Under the pieces are notes generated by a model. The model was not told the DNA's origin and did no database searches. It was given only the letters and a program-made list of their open reading frames with translations. Positions 1 through 11,361 of a stretch of 64,000 bases of DNA are shown piece after piece. The first letter of the stretch is position 1. Every line of letters starts with the position of its first letter. The stretch lies in the NCBI RefSeq assembly GCF_009914755.1, contig NC_060941.1; one strand, 5' to 3'. The position numbers were made by a program, and so were the translations under genes. The DNA comes from the human T2T-CHM13v2.0 reference genome, Homo sapiens.

Positions 1-859
1 TGGCCAGGTGACCTTTATACAACAGAAATCAGTACCATCCCCTGCTTAAAAGTCTTCCATGGGTCCCGGTGCCTATGAACTGGCCCCTGCCTCATCTTGG
101 GCTCATTTTCCTGCATGAAAGCAGCACATGTTGTTCTCTCGGCCTGGTATGTTCTACTTTTCAAATTTCTCACTCCTCAACCTTTAGCTTCTGCCTGAAA
201 GGCCTCCTGACATCCTGTATCCAAGGCCTCCATGTTTCTCTTCTCAGTGCATCCAGTTCATTTTGGTATAGCGGAACCCGTCGCAATTCATAACTTCGTA
301 TTTATATGTTTACTTATTTTCTGTGTTTCCCATTAGCTTATGTTCCACAAGGGCAGTGATTGTGTTTCCAGTGCCTAGCAGAATGTGTGGTACAAATGAA
401 AAACTCTTCGAATGAACTAATGAACCAACAGGGAAGAGTGGTGGTGATGGAGGTTTACAGAGAAGGCAGTGACCAGCTGCCCCACTGATTTAATTAGCTG
501 CTTTTCCTTATCCAAGAGAAGGCATGACAGTTTTGCACATGTGTCGGATCCAGCAGCTATGAGAAGTTCAGATGGGGTGGACTCCAGTTGTTGTTCTGAA
601 CTCTAGTAGGAAGCCACCCCTATGAATGAGCCTCTATGTACAGGGTGCTGCAAATATAAAATCGCTTTAAAAAAAAGAGGCAGCATAACATAGTGCAAGG
701 AACACAGGCCTGTGAGTACTGATTTAGCTTCTGGTCTTTGGTTTGTGTATTAGCTTTGTTCTTCTTTTCTTTGTTTTCTTTTCTTATTTGTGAAATAAGA
801 GAGATTGGACTAGAAAGATAAAAGTCCTCTCCAGTTTGGCTGTGTTAACGGAGTACCTC

Positions 860-1250
860 ACAGTGTTATCAGCAATCGAAACATTTAATTATCTTTTGAA
901 ACCAGAATATGGAGCTGTGATGGTTCTAGGGTTAGTCAGGTGGTTCAAAGGTGTCATCAAGGACCCAGGCTCTACTATTGTCTTCTGCTTTGCCATCAGC
1001 TTTGTCTCCAGGCTTGTCCCTTATGGTCACAGTGTGGCTGCTACAGCTGAGGGCATCACACCCTTCCACAAGAGCATCAAAAGCAGAAAAGGATGGTCAT
1101 GGGGCAGAGCTGTCCTTATGGGTCCCTCTCTCTTCATCAGGGAGTAAAATCTTTCCTGGAGGTCCCTAGCAGATGTCCTTGTATGTCTCACTGGCCAGAA
1201 CCACTTCATGTATCCACTAGACCAATCATGAGAATGGAAGTGCCATAATT
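860..1250 (-). mobile_element. Old MaLR (MLT1-type) LTR remnant
   Basis: Diagnostic strings gtcatcaaggacccaggctct, ggtcacagtgtggctgct, tctcactggccagaa; boundaries approximate. Confidence 0.55.
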
Positions 1251-1808
1251 TCCTTATCCCAAACATAAATTCATCCCCCAGAGCTGACCTGTTACCCGCT
1301 GTACTCGATACAGCTTAGTCCTGTGAACAAAGGAGGAGTAAGGGCAGGCTGCTGCATGGGCTGCCTCATGGACCTGAAGTTCTGTGATTCTTAGGACTCC
1401 GCCTTTGGGAGGCTTCCTTGTTATGCTGCAGGGACTAATTGTGTTATTCACATCTCCAGTGAGGCAATGGCAGAGAACAACTGTTTTTAAGGAAGGCTTT
1501 ACATTCCTGAATGAGGTGGGAAACAGATGAATTCACTGGCCAAGACAAATTCAGTGAAAAAACTGAGCCCAGCAGGTCTTCTGTAGTATAGGGGCCCATG
1601 ATTGAGCTGCCTGTTGCTAAGAGGGAGTAGAAAAGATTAGAGATCATTGTAAATTATGAGGCAAGACCTCAGCTAACTTCCTCAGCAAACGACTGGTTCT
1701 TCTGCCTGTTCAGGCTGCAACCTCAAGTATTCCTAGTAAGTAGAATCTTTCTTTAAAGCTGCCTAATAAAGTCAGATAATAAATGATGAATGTATTTGTA
1801 ATGGCCAT

Positions 1809-2110
1809 TTTTTTTTTTTTTTTTTGAGATGGAATCTCACTCTGTCGCCCAGGTTGGAGTGCAATGGTGTAATGATCTCGGCTCACTGCATCCTCTGCCT
1901 CCCAGGTTCAGGCAATTCTCCTGTCTCAGCCACCTGAGTAGCTGGGATTACAGGTGCCCACCACCATGCCTAGCTAATTTTCGTATTTTTAGGAGAGACG
2001 GGGTTTCACCGTGTTGGCCAGGCTGGTCTCAAATGCCTGACCTCAAGTGATCCGCCTGCCTCGGCCTCCTGAAGTACTGGGATTATAGGCATGAGCCACC
2101 ATGCCTGGCC
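1809..2110 (-). mobile_element. AluS
   Basis: Full dimer; TSD TGTAATGGCCAT/TGTGATGGCCAT. Confidence 0.9.
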
Positions 2111-2163
2111 TGTGATGGCCATATTAAGAACATACTATGTGCTGGGAACTGTGCTAGGTCTTC

Positions 2164-2908
2164 GGGATACCAATACAAAGGGACAAGGTCCTAGTCCTTA
2201 AGAGGCTGACATTCCAGTTGAGGGATACCACAGGTATCAGATAAGCCAGCTCTATGACAAGTGAGTTATGGGGCAGGAGAATGGGAGTGGCCACCTCTAC
2301 CTAAGAGGTGAGCAAGAAAGGAAGTGACCTTTTAAGAGCAACAGATGCTTTGTCTGATGTTGAGAATAGCATGAGCCAGAGGGAGCCATTGGTTAAGAAT
2401 GGCAGGCACTGGACGTGTGGAGCCGAGGCTGGGGGGTTCTGCGGCCATGCTGGGAAGTATACGTCTTACACTGCAGGTAAAGCAAACAAACACTTCCCAT
2501 GGGCAAGTCTTCAGGTAATGTCAATCAAATTATTTCCCAGTTTTCTCTTCCAGAGATTACAGAAGGATTTTATTTCATTTACTTAATACATTACATTGAT
2601 TATGTTCATTTATACATTACATATGTATTATGGACCAGTTGTTAATAACAAAATGTGTACCTTTGCTATAAACCATGGATAGACTAGTGTATAGCAAAAT
2701 GTCTAAAAGGGATATTATGGCATCTGTTGCTCTTATAAGGTCACTTCCTTTCTTGGTCACCTCTTAGGCAGAGGTGGCCGCTCCCATTCTCTTGCCCCAT
2801 AACTCACTTGTCATAGAGCCTGCTTATCTGATACATGTTGTATCTCTCAACTGGATACTGGTCAAACCTCTTAAGGACTAGGATCTTGTCCCTTTGTATT
2901 GGTATCCC
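2164..2908. repeat. Inverted duplication: arms 2164-2348 and 2720-2908, 371-bp spacer
   Basis: Manual alignment of the left arm with the reverse complement of the right arm gives about 90% identity. Confidence 0.93.
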
Positions 2909-3630
2909 CAGTAGTGGTTTCTAGTATTTTTTTGTTGTTTGTTTTTTTGAGATAAGGTCTTGCTCTGTCACCCAGGCTGGAGTGCAGTGGTGCAATCACA
3001 GCTCACTGCAGCCTCAACCTCCTGGGCTCAAGTGATCCTGACTCTCCCACTTCATTCTCCCGAAATAGCTGGAACCACAGATATACACCACCGTGCCCGG
3101 CTAAGTTTTGTACTTTTTTGTAGAGATGGAGTTTCACCATGTTGCCCAGGCTGGTCTCCAACTTGTGATCTAATGGCTTGAAGATGACCAAAAAATTTAA
3201 TATTTGCTATTTCCCAATTTTTATCAACTCTGCTGCTAGTATTTCTCAGTAGACAGGGGCACTGCTAGACTCTTGTTCTCCAGCAGTCTGCAGAGGTATT
3301 CAGAAATGATTCTGCCCATAGTCCTAGGCAAATGTCTTGTGGTGTTTGTGGGAAGCCAGAAAGATCCTTGCCTGGAGCCACAGGTGGTGCTGACTCCAGT
3401 GCTTACTGCCTCAGGCCTTTGTTCAAGTGTCACCTTATCCATGATGTCAGCCTCTTTAAAACTACAGTCCTGCCCATCCTGATCTTTCTTACTCTGCTTT
3501 TTCATGTTTCATACCACATATATCTCCATACTGTTTATTATTATGTTTACCCCTGCTAGATCTGAGTCTGTTAAAATTTAGTAGGGATCTCTGTGTGTTC
3601 TGTTCACTGATGTATCTCAAGCACTTAGAA

Positions 3631-3925
3631 CAGGGTTCCTCAACCCCTGGGCTGCAGACTAGTACTGGTCCGTGGCCTGTTAGGAACTGGGCCACACAGC
3701 AGAAGGTGAGCAGGCAGGCGAGCATTACTGCCTGAGCTCTGCATCCTGTCAGATCAGCAGCATTCGATTCTCATAGGAGCTAACCCTATTGTGAACTGTG
3801 CACGCAGGGGATCTACGCTGTGCGCTCCTTATGAGAATCTAATGCATCACCCCCCGCCCCTGGTCTGTGGAAACATTGTCTTCCATGAAGCTGGTCCCTG
3901 GTGCCAGAAAGGTTGGGGACCACTG
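3631..3925 (+). mobile_element. MER1B-like hAT-Charlie MITE
   Basis: Ends CAGGGTTCCTCAACC...GGTTGGGGACCACTG; 8-bp TSD ACTTAGAA/ACCTAGAA (1 mismatch). Confidence 0.85.
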
Positions 3926-4074
3926 ACCTAGAACAATGCCTTACAGAAGACCTAGACTCAAAGAGCGGTACCTAGGTAGGTAGGAAGTATAGGAAGTCGA
4001 TCGGTTTTTGGAAACTGTGACTTGAAGCAAAATGATGCACTGTATAACAAAGCCAATTTTACCACAGTTGATAC

Positions 4075-4495
4075 TGTTAAAAGAAAAACTTCGGCTGAAT
4101 TCAATTTAAAAGAGCTTAATTGAGCAAAGAATGATTCACAAATTGTGCAGCCTGCTGAGCCAAAGCAGGCTCAGAGACTCCAGTGCAGTCACGTGGTGGA
4201 AGATAATTTATGGACAGAAAAAAGAAAGTGATGGACAGAAAAAGGAAAAGTGACGTACAGAAAATGGAAGTGAGGAACAGAAACAGCTGGATTGGTTATA
4301 GCTCAGCATTTGCCCTTTTTGAACAGGGTTCGAACAGTTGGCCACATTTGATTGGCCAAAAGTCGAGGATTGGCATGAGTGCAGGCTATAGTCTGTTTAC
4401 ACGTCCACTTGTTGTAGTCCACGATGTACAGAGAAACCTTTAGGCCAAATTTAAAATATGTAAGGAGGCAGCTTTAGGCTAAACTTGATTTAACA
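4075..4495 (-). mobile_element. MER57-family ERV1 solo LTR
   Basis: TG...CA termini; minus strand begins TGTTAAATCAAGTTTAGCCTAAAGCTGCCTCC; several CCAAT boxes; 4-bp TSD ATAC/ATAT. Confidence 0.82.
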
Positions 4496-4856
4496 ATATA
4501 AACAAGAGTTAACTTCCTATGACATATACTTCAAGTCACAGTTTGAGAACCCACCGAGGACATTGAGGACTTACAGTACTCCCTTAAGGCTTCCCCACCT
4601 CTTGTCATTGGCCATCCTGTGTCACTAAACAGAAAGGAGTTGCTAAGTCAAGAATGAAGATCTTACTGAGTTTTCTAGAGCAAAGCTGCTCATCCCTGCT
4701 TGCATGTCTTTAGTATTGAGGGTAAAGGCCTTAGTGCCCTGGAAGGTGAACTTTAGAGGTTGTTAAAGGGTCATGGAAAAAAGAGGAGGTGGGGTCTTGG
4801 ATTGTGGTTGCAGAGCGCTATAAACTGACCGTAACAGATGGTATTCTTTTAAACAG

Positions 4857-5520
4857 GTATAAAAGTTTGGTCACGGGGACCCGAGCAAGAGGGGTCATTG
4901 CTGTCCTCTGGGTCCTTGCCTTTGGCATCGGATTGACTCCATTCCTGGGGTGGAACAGTAAAGACAGTGCCACCAACAACTGCACAGAACCCTGGGATGG
5001 AACCACGAATGAAAGCTGCTGCCTTGTGAAGTGTCTCTTTGAGAATGTGGTCCCCATGAGCTACATGGTATATTTCAATTTCTTTGGGTGTGTTCTGCCC
5101 CCACTGCTTATAATGCTGGTGATCTACATTAAGATCTTCCTGGTGGCCTGCAGGCAGCTTCAGCGCACTGAGCTGATGGACCACTCGAGGACCACCCTCC
5201 AGCGGGAGATCCATGCAGCCAAGTCACTGGCCATGATTGTGGGGATTTTTGCCCTGTGCTGGTTACCTGTGCATGCTGTTAACTGTGTCACTCTTTTCCA
5301 GCCAGCTCAGGGTAAAAATAAGCCCAAGTGGGCAATGAATATGGCCATTCTTCTGTCACATGCCAATTCAGTTGTCAATCCCATTGTCTATGCTTACCGG
5401 AACCGAGACTTCCGCTACACTTTTCACAAAATTATCTCCAGGTATCTTCTCTGCCAAGCAGATGTCAAGAGTGGGAATGGTCAGGCTGGGGTACAGCCTG
5501 CTCTCGGTGTGGGCCTATGA
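4857..5520 (+). CDS. ADORA2B: Adenosine receptor A2B, final (second) coding exon, TM4-TM7 and C-tail
   Basis: Acceptor ttttaaacAG at 4855-4856, then (R)[32 protein letters not shown]...CWLP...NPIVY...QPALGVGL*. Class A GPCR CWxP and NPxxY motifs. The ORF-track N-terminus (4789-4856) is intronic. Confidence 0.98.
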
Positions 5521-5896
5521 TCTAGGCTCTCGCCTCTTCCAGGAGAAGATACAAATCCACAAGAAACAAAGAGGACACGGCTGGTTTTCATTGTGAAAGA
5601 TAGCTACACCTCACAAGGAAATGGACTGCCTCTCTTGAGCACTTCCCTGGAGCTACCACGTATCTAGCTAATATGTATGTGTCAGTAGTAGGCTCCAAGG
5701 ATTGACAAATATATTTATGATCTATTCAGCTGCTTTTACTGTGTGGATTATGCCAACAGCTTGAATGGATTCTAACAGACTCTTTTGTTTTTAAAAGTCT
5801 GCCTTGTTTATGGTGGAAAATTACTGAAACTATTTTACTGTGAAACAGTGTGAACTATTATAATGCAAATACTTTTTAACTTAGAGGCAATGGAAA

Positions 5897-5902
5897 AATA
5901 AA
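5897..5902 (+). terminator. ADORA2B: ADORA2B polyadenylation signal
   Basis: AATAAA about 380 nt after the stop codon, followed by GT-rich sequence (tgtatacttgttg). Confidence 0.8.
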
Positions 5903-5972
5903 AGTTGACTGTACTAAAAATGTATACTTGTTGCCAGGAAGGTGACCTCAAAAATTAAAAGTATAATTATTC

Positions 5973-6245
5973 GGCCGGGCATGGTGGCTCACACCTGTAA
6001 TTCCAGCACTTTGGGAGGCCAAGGCAGGCGGATCACGAGGTCAGGAGTTCAAAACCAGCCTGTCCAATATAGTGAAACCCCGTCCCTACTAAAAAATACA
6101 AAAATTAGCTGGGTATGTGGCATGTGCCAGCTACTCAGGAGACTGAGGCAGGAGAATCATGTGAACTTGGGAGGCGGAGGCTGCAGTGAGCCCAGATGGC
6201 ATCACTGTACTCCAGCCTGGGTGACAGAGTGAGACTCTGTCTCAG

Positions 6246-6326
<81 letters not shown>
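5973..6326 (+). mobile_element. AluS whose tail has become an (A)n(TA)n microsatellite
   Basis: Alu body 5973-6245, about 30 A, then about 25 TA units. Confidence 0.9.
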
Positions 6327-6332
<6 letters not shown>

Positions 6333-6739
6333 GTATTCAATCAAGAAACTGCTGTATTAATTTAGGGAAATGATTGATTGATAGTCTCATAAGTCAAATT
6401 TTCATCACATAATTTTAAGCTCCATTCTTTTCCATATACAGAAAACTACCCGTGGGGAAGAAACTGGTGAAATGGGATCCCTCCTCTACCAAATTCTGCC
6501 TTCTAGAGCTAGATAGATAGATAGGGAATTTTGCTTCTCTCCAAATTTCAAGTTTGGTTAAGTTCTTGGAACTCAAAGTGTGAAAATTTTATGAAGTAAA
6601 ATTATTTAACTCTGTGTATATTAGGTTAAATAAAAATAAAACTTAAAAAGACAAGCTTAGGGTGCTGCATTGGCTTGTTGCATCTACCTTCTAAACTTTA
6701 CCCTGAAGGCTGCTGGAAAAAAAGTAAGTTATGCTGAGT

Positions 6740-7277
6740 CCAAGTTTCCTGAGTAGCAGAAAAGTATTGATAAATTTTATCTGTTGCACTTTTTAACAAA
6801 ACAAAAAGCATCTGCCAACCACAGAACATTGCAACACCTAGGCCCTGGGCTTTCCCCCAGCATTCATTCACTAGCACCTCATGTTTTGGGGGCACAAGCA
6901 CAGGGCTTTCTTAGGCTGTAAAATCACCTATATCATCTGTCTGTCCACTGCTTCAACTCCTTCTGCAGTATCCCTGCAACAATATTACATGCTTATGAAA
7001 TGCTGCAGACAGGGAATTCCTGTCCTTCTAGGATCCTCTTCTGGCTGTGGGCAGCTTTACCATAAGTTCTTGTCTTCTTATGCTGAAATTGATTTCATTT
7101 TCATCTTCACGTATTATTGCTTCTTTGCTCTCTCGGTGTCCAACTGAGTCTCATCGCTCTCCCTTCTAATACTCCTTCTGTCATCTATTTTGTCTTTTCT
7201 TCTTCAGACTGAAAATCCCTGGTAGTACCTGTAGTTTCCTTCCAGGACACGATTTTTAGTCTGTTCCTTCAATTGCC
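6740..7277 (-). other. ZSWIM7: Candidate ZSWIM7 alternative non-coding terminal exon
   Basis: Acceptor ctttacaacAG|GGCAATTG at 7279-7278; donor AAG|GTACAG 3 nt after the stop (8228-8227); variant signal GATAAA near 6776-6781. The 3' end is approximate. Confidence 0.55.
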
Positions 7278-7602
7278 CTGTTGTAAAGATCAGAAGTGCA
7301 GAGTGAAACCAGTTCTTCCCTTGTTCTCGATACTAACTCTCAAACAATACAGTCTACTTAAGCTGTTTTGGCACAAGCATCACAGATATTTGAAGCTTAC
7401 AGAAACCAGAACCTCTAAGTCTTTTCATACCTGCTACTGTTTAGCCACATCTCTGCTCTGATCTTCTGTTGCTGCTCAATAGTTTCCTGGACCCAAGGAA
7501 AAGAACTGACCTACTCGTCGAAACTTCATCTTACTGTTTGGCCCACCATTCCAACCTTTTAAAAATTACTAGTAATTCAGTTAGTTACTTAAGACTAAAT
7601 AG

Positions 7603-7932
<330 letters not shown>

Positions 7933-7938
7933 TTAGGC

Positions 7939-7944
7939 TTTATT
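7939..7944 (-). terminator. ZSWIM7: ZSWIM7 proximal polyadenylation signal
   Basis: AATAAA on the minus strand (tttatt on plus), about 290 nt after the stop codon. Confidence 0.7.
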
Positions 7945-8231
7945 TGAATTTAAAATCTTGATTCCATCCAGGGACATTTTTTACCGAAGCGTCTCAGAGA
8001 CTGGCTCAGGGTATTTCTTGACAAGACTGTACAGGGCTTCTCATCATACACAAACCCTCCACAGCCCACGGCTCCAACCCACAGCACCTCCTGCAGTCCT
8101 GGAGGGAAAAGGGACAGTAACATGAAGTGTCTGAAGATCCATTTCACCTCTTTTCCATGTGAATCATGACGCTTTCAATGCATTTCTTGACAGGATTCTA
8201 TTTTGAAAGAATGATGCTCAATCTGTACCTT

Positions 8232-8348
8232 TTATGCTTCTTGTTTCTTCTCCATCAATAATATGTCAGTCAACTGCTTGTCAGAGACACTTAGCTGCTG
8301 ACAGGTCCTCATAACCTGACTCAGGTAAACTGCCAAGAGATGCTTGCA
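8232..8348 (-). CDS. ZSWIM7: ZSWIM7 coding exon 5 (SWIM CxH and stop)
   Basis: ttccAG|CKHLLAVYLSQVMRTCQQLSVSDKQLTDILLMEKKQEA*; 117 nt. The five exons total 423 nt = 140 aa plus stop. Confidence 0.96.
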   Translation of the reverse strand, partial: CKHLLAVYLSQVMRTCQQLSVSDKQLTDILLMEKKQEA

Positions 8349-8499
8349 CTGGAATATAAAACACACACACCTATTAGAAACAGGCAGGGCCAGGGCTGGC
8401 CAGTCTAACCAAGATTTCTCATTACCATCTTATTTGGCAGGAGAAGACTAGAGCATACAGATTACGGGGTCTCTAACTGATTGTCTAAAAAGTGCAGAT

Positions 8500-8800
8500 G
8501 GGCCGGGCATGGTGGCTCACACCTGTCATCCCAGCACTTTGGGAGGCTGAGGCGGATGGATCACTTGAGATCAGGAGTTCGAGACCAGTCTGGCTGATAT
8601 GGCAAAACCCTGTCTCCACTAAAAATACAAAAATTAGCTGGGTGTGGCGGTACATGCCTGTAATTCCAGCTACTCAGGAGGCTGAGCCATGAGAATCGCT
8701 TGAACCCAGGAGGTGGAGGTTGCAGTGAGCCGAGATCACGCCACTGCACTACAGCCTGGGTGACAGAGCCAGACTGTCTCAAAAAATAAATAAATAAAAA
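8500..8800 (+). mobile_element. AluS
   Basis: Full dimer; TSD AAAAAGTGCAGAT/AAAAACTGCAGAT. Confidence 0.88.
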
Positions 8801-9131
8801 CTGCAGATAAAGATGATGAGACAGGAGTATTCTCTTTAGAAATCAGAGTGGACACAGACTTACTTTGCCTGCTGCTTTGGGAAATGGCTTAGATCCATCA
8901 GGCACAAGGTATGTAACCCATGGTGAAAACCCAGACTACCTGCACTCCTCACGTTAGTCCTAAGTTATATTTCTTCCTTGCCTTCAGAAAGCTGTCACAG
9001 CAATGGTTAACATTCCTTGAGGCACTAGGCTGTGAAGTGCTTCTCATAGATTATCTCACTGAAATCTGACAGCTCCCTAGGAAGACAGGTATTGTAACCA
9101 CATGCTCATCAGAGTCTCTAGGCTACTCTCT

Positions 9132-10366
9132 CTTTTTTTTTTTTTTAATTTTAATTTTAATTTTTGTTTTATTTATTTATTTATTTATTTTTATTGATCA
9201 TTCTTGGGTGTTTCTCACAGAGGGGGATTTGGCAGGGTCATAGGACAATAGTGGAGGGAAGGTCAGCAGATAAACAAGTGAACAAAGGTCTCTGGTTTTC
9301 CTAGGCAGAGGACCCTGCGGCCTTCCGCAGTGTTTGTGTCCCTGGGTACTTGAGATTAGGGAGTGGTGATGACTCTTAACGAGCATGCTGCCTTCAAGCA
9401 TCTGTTTATCAAAGCACATCTTGCACCGCCCTTAATCCATTTAACCCTGAGTGGACACAGCACATGTTTCAGAGAGCACAGGGTTGGGGGTAAGGTCACA
9501 GATCAACAGGATCCCAAGGCAGAAGAATTTTTCTTAGTACAGAACAAAATGGAAAGTCTCCCATGTCTACTTCTTTCCACACAGACACAGCAACCATCCA
9601 ATTTCTCAATCTTTTCCCTACCTTTCCCTGCTTTCTATTCCACAAAACCGCCATTGTCATCATGGCCCGCTCTCAATGAGCTGTTGGGTACACCTCCCAG
9701 ACGGGGTGGTGGCCGGGCAGAGGGGCTCCTCACTTCCCAGTAGGGGTGGCCGGGCAGAGGCGCCCCTCACCTCCCGGACGAGGCGGCTGGCCAGGCGGGG
9801 GGCTGACCCCCCCACCTCCCTCCCGGACGGGGCGGCTGGCTGGGCGGAGGACTGACCCCCCCCACCTCCCTCCCGAATGGGGCGGCTGGCCGGGCAGAGG
9901 GGCTCCTCACTTCCCAGTAGGGGCGGCTGGGCAGAGGCGCCCCTCACCTCCCGGATGGGGCGGCTGGCCGGGCGGGGGGCTGACCCCCCCACCTCCCTCC
10001 CGGACGGGGGGCTGACCCCCCCACCTCCCTCCCGGACGGGGCGGCTGGCCGGGCGGGGGGCTGACCCCCCCACCTCCCTCCCGGACGGGGGGCTGAACCC
10101 CCCACCTCCCTCCCGGACGGGGCGGCTGGCCGGGCAGAGGGGCTCCTCACTTCCCAGTAGGGGCAGCCGGGCAGAGGTGCCCCTCATCTCCCGGACGAGG
10201 CGGCTGGCCGGGCGGGGGGCTGACCCCCCCACCTCCCTCCCGGACGGGGGGCTGAACCCCCCACCTCCCTCCCGGACGGGGCGGCTGGCCGGGCAGAGGG
10301 GCTCCTCACTTCCCAGTAGGGGCGGCCGGGCAGAGGCGCCCCTCACCTCCCGGACGAGGCGGCTGG
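9132..10366 (-). mobile_element. SVA retrotransposon (SVA_D/E/F-like), 5'-truncated within the VNTR
   Basis: Poly(T)/(TTTA)n tail 9133-9195, SINE-R about 9195-9690, GC-rich VNTR 9690-10366. No Alu-like domain or CCCTCT hexamers. 15-bp TSD TCTAGGCTACTCTCT at 9117-9131 and 10367-10381, with a TT/AAGA-type L1 endonuclease site. Confidence 0.95.
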
Positions 10367-11256
10367 TCTAGGCTACTCTCTTAACTACTGTGTTATACTT
10401 CTGGGGTTGGGGGGCGGGGAGTAGTGGCAAAACTCTTGCATATATTGGCCTGTACACACCTCTGGGGAGATGATTGCGTTGAATCTGATGTCAGAGAACA
10501 CAGCTTTAGATCTTGAAGGGGTTTTGGTTCAATCCTGTCTCTTGCAGTTGAGATACACTTAGGGCACATCAGTTACGAATGTGGCCTCTTGGACAATGCT
10601 ATACCCAACTTGCCAGCCAGGTCCCAAGATGTTTAAGAAGTTAACAGTGTAAAAGAAAGGGAAAGAATGGAGTGGACATCATTATTTTCTTCTTTCGCAA
10701 GACTTAGAAAACAGCTGCCTGCTTTCAGGAAGGTAGTGTTTTTTCCTTTGGAATAAGGTGTGTGTGAGTATGTCCTGTTTCTGCTTCATGGTCTGGACTC
10801 TGATGAAATTGGCAAAGGCTTAAAGGAATAGGTGAAGGTACTCATGCCCCATGTGAAGGTCAAGTGTGGTGTCAGGCTGTCTCACAGGTAGTGCAAAGAT
10901 ATACCACATGGCTGAAAGTAGGATATGCAAAGTTGTCAACATCGAATTTAGTTCATATTTTTATGGGGCCATCTAATTCCCCAGTGCCCACTTCTGGGAT
11001 TCCCTTTTTTTCCTTCTCAAAGCTTCACTCATGATCTTTTACATAAAAATTCAGGAAATTGATGCAGTTCTAAAAATGACATTGCATTTTGAGAGGCTAA
11101 ACCCCTAAGAGGTGACTAACTGAAGACAAAGACAAAAAACTACCATTTGTTTCAACATATAATAAGATTCCCATTTTGTAGAATAGTTAAACCACAAAGT
11201 AAGGGCAATTTCTCTCTACATTCAACTACAGTGGGAAGAGTCTTCCCCATCCTCAC

Positions 11257-11361
11257 CAGGATGCTGTCACTCTTCCGTAGCACTGAGAATGCAAATGCAG
11301 GACATGAACAGTAATGACAAGAAGCCAAACATGTGTATGTTTTACTGGAACTTCCAAGGAC
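11257..11361 (-). CDS. ZSWIM7: ZSWIM7 coding exon 4 (SWIM CxC)
   Basis: tttgtAG|VLGSSSKTYTCLASCHYCSCPAFAFSVLRKSDSIL|GTGAGG; 105 nt. Confidence 0.96.

Noticed and set aside
4789-4856. Apparent N-terminus of the 243-aa ORF
   Set aside because: GTG start in intronic sequence upstream of the splice acceptor; TM1-3 are encoded by exon 1 outside this window.
4818-5214. Antisense ORFs (79 and 121 aa) over ADORA2B exon 2
   Set aside because: Shadow frames of a real coding exon with no independent support.
7030-7220. Purine-rich, coding-looking minus-strand segment (possible decayed gene)
   Set aside because: The frames I translated contain stops and I recognise no homologous protein; treated as ZSWIM7 UTR. 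A TBLASTX against vertebrate orthologous regions would settle it.
9660-10371. Long repetitive ORFs (228, 164, 89 and 68 aa) and an array that superficially resembles a CRISPR or repeat protein
   Set aside because: These are translations of the SVA GC-rich VNTR; there are no unique spacers, no cas genes, and the context is eukaryotic.
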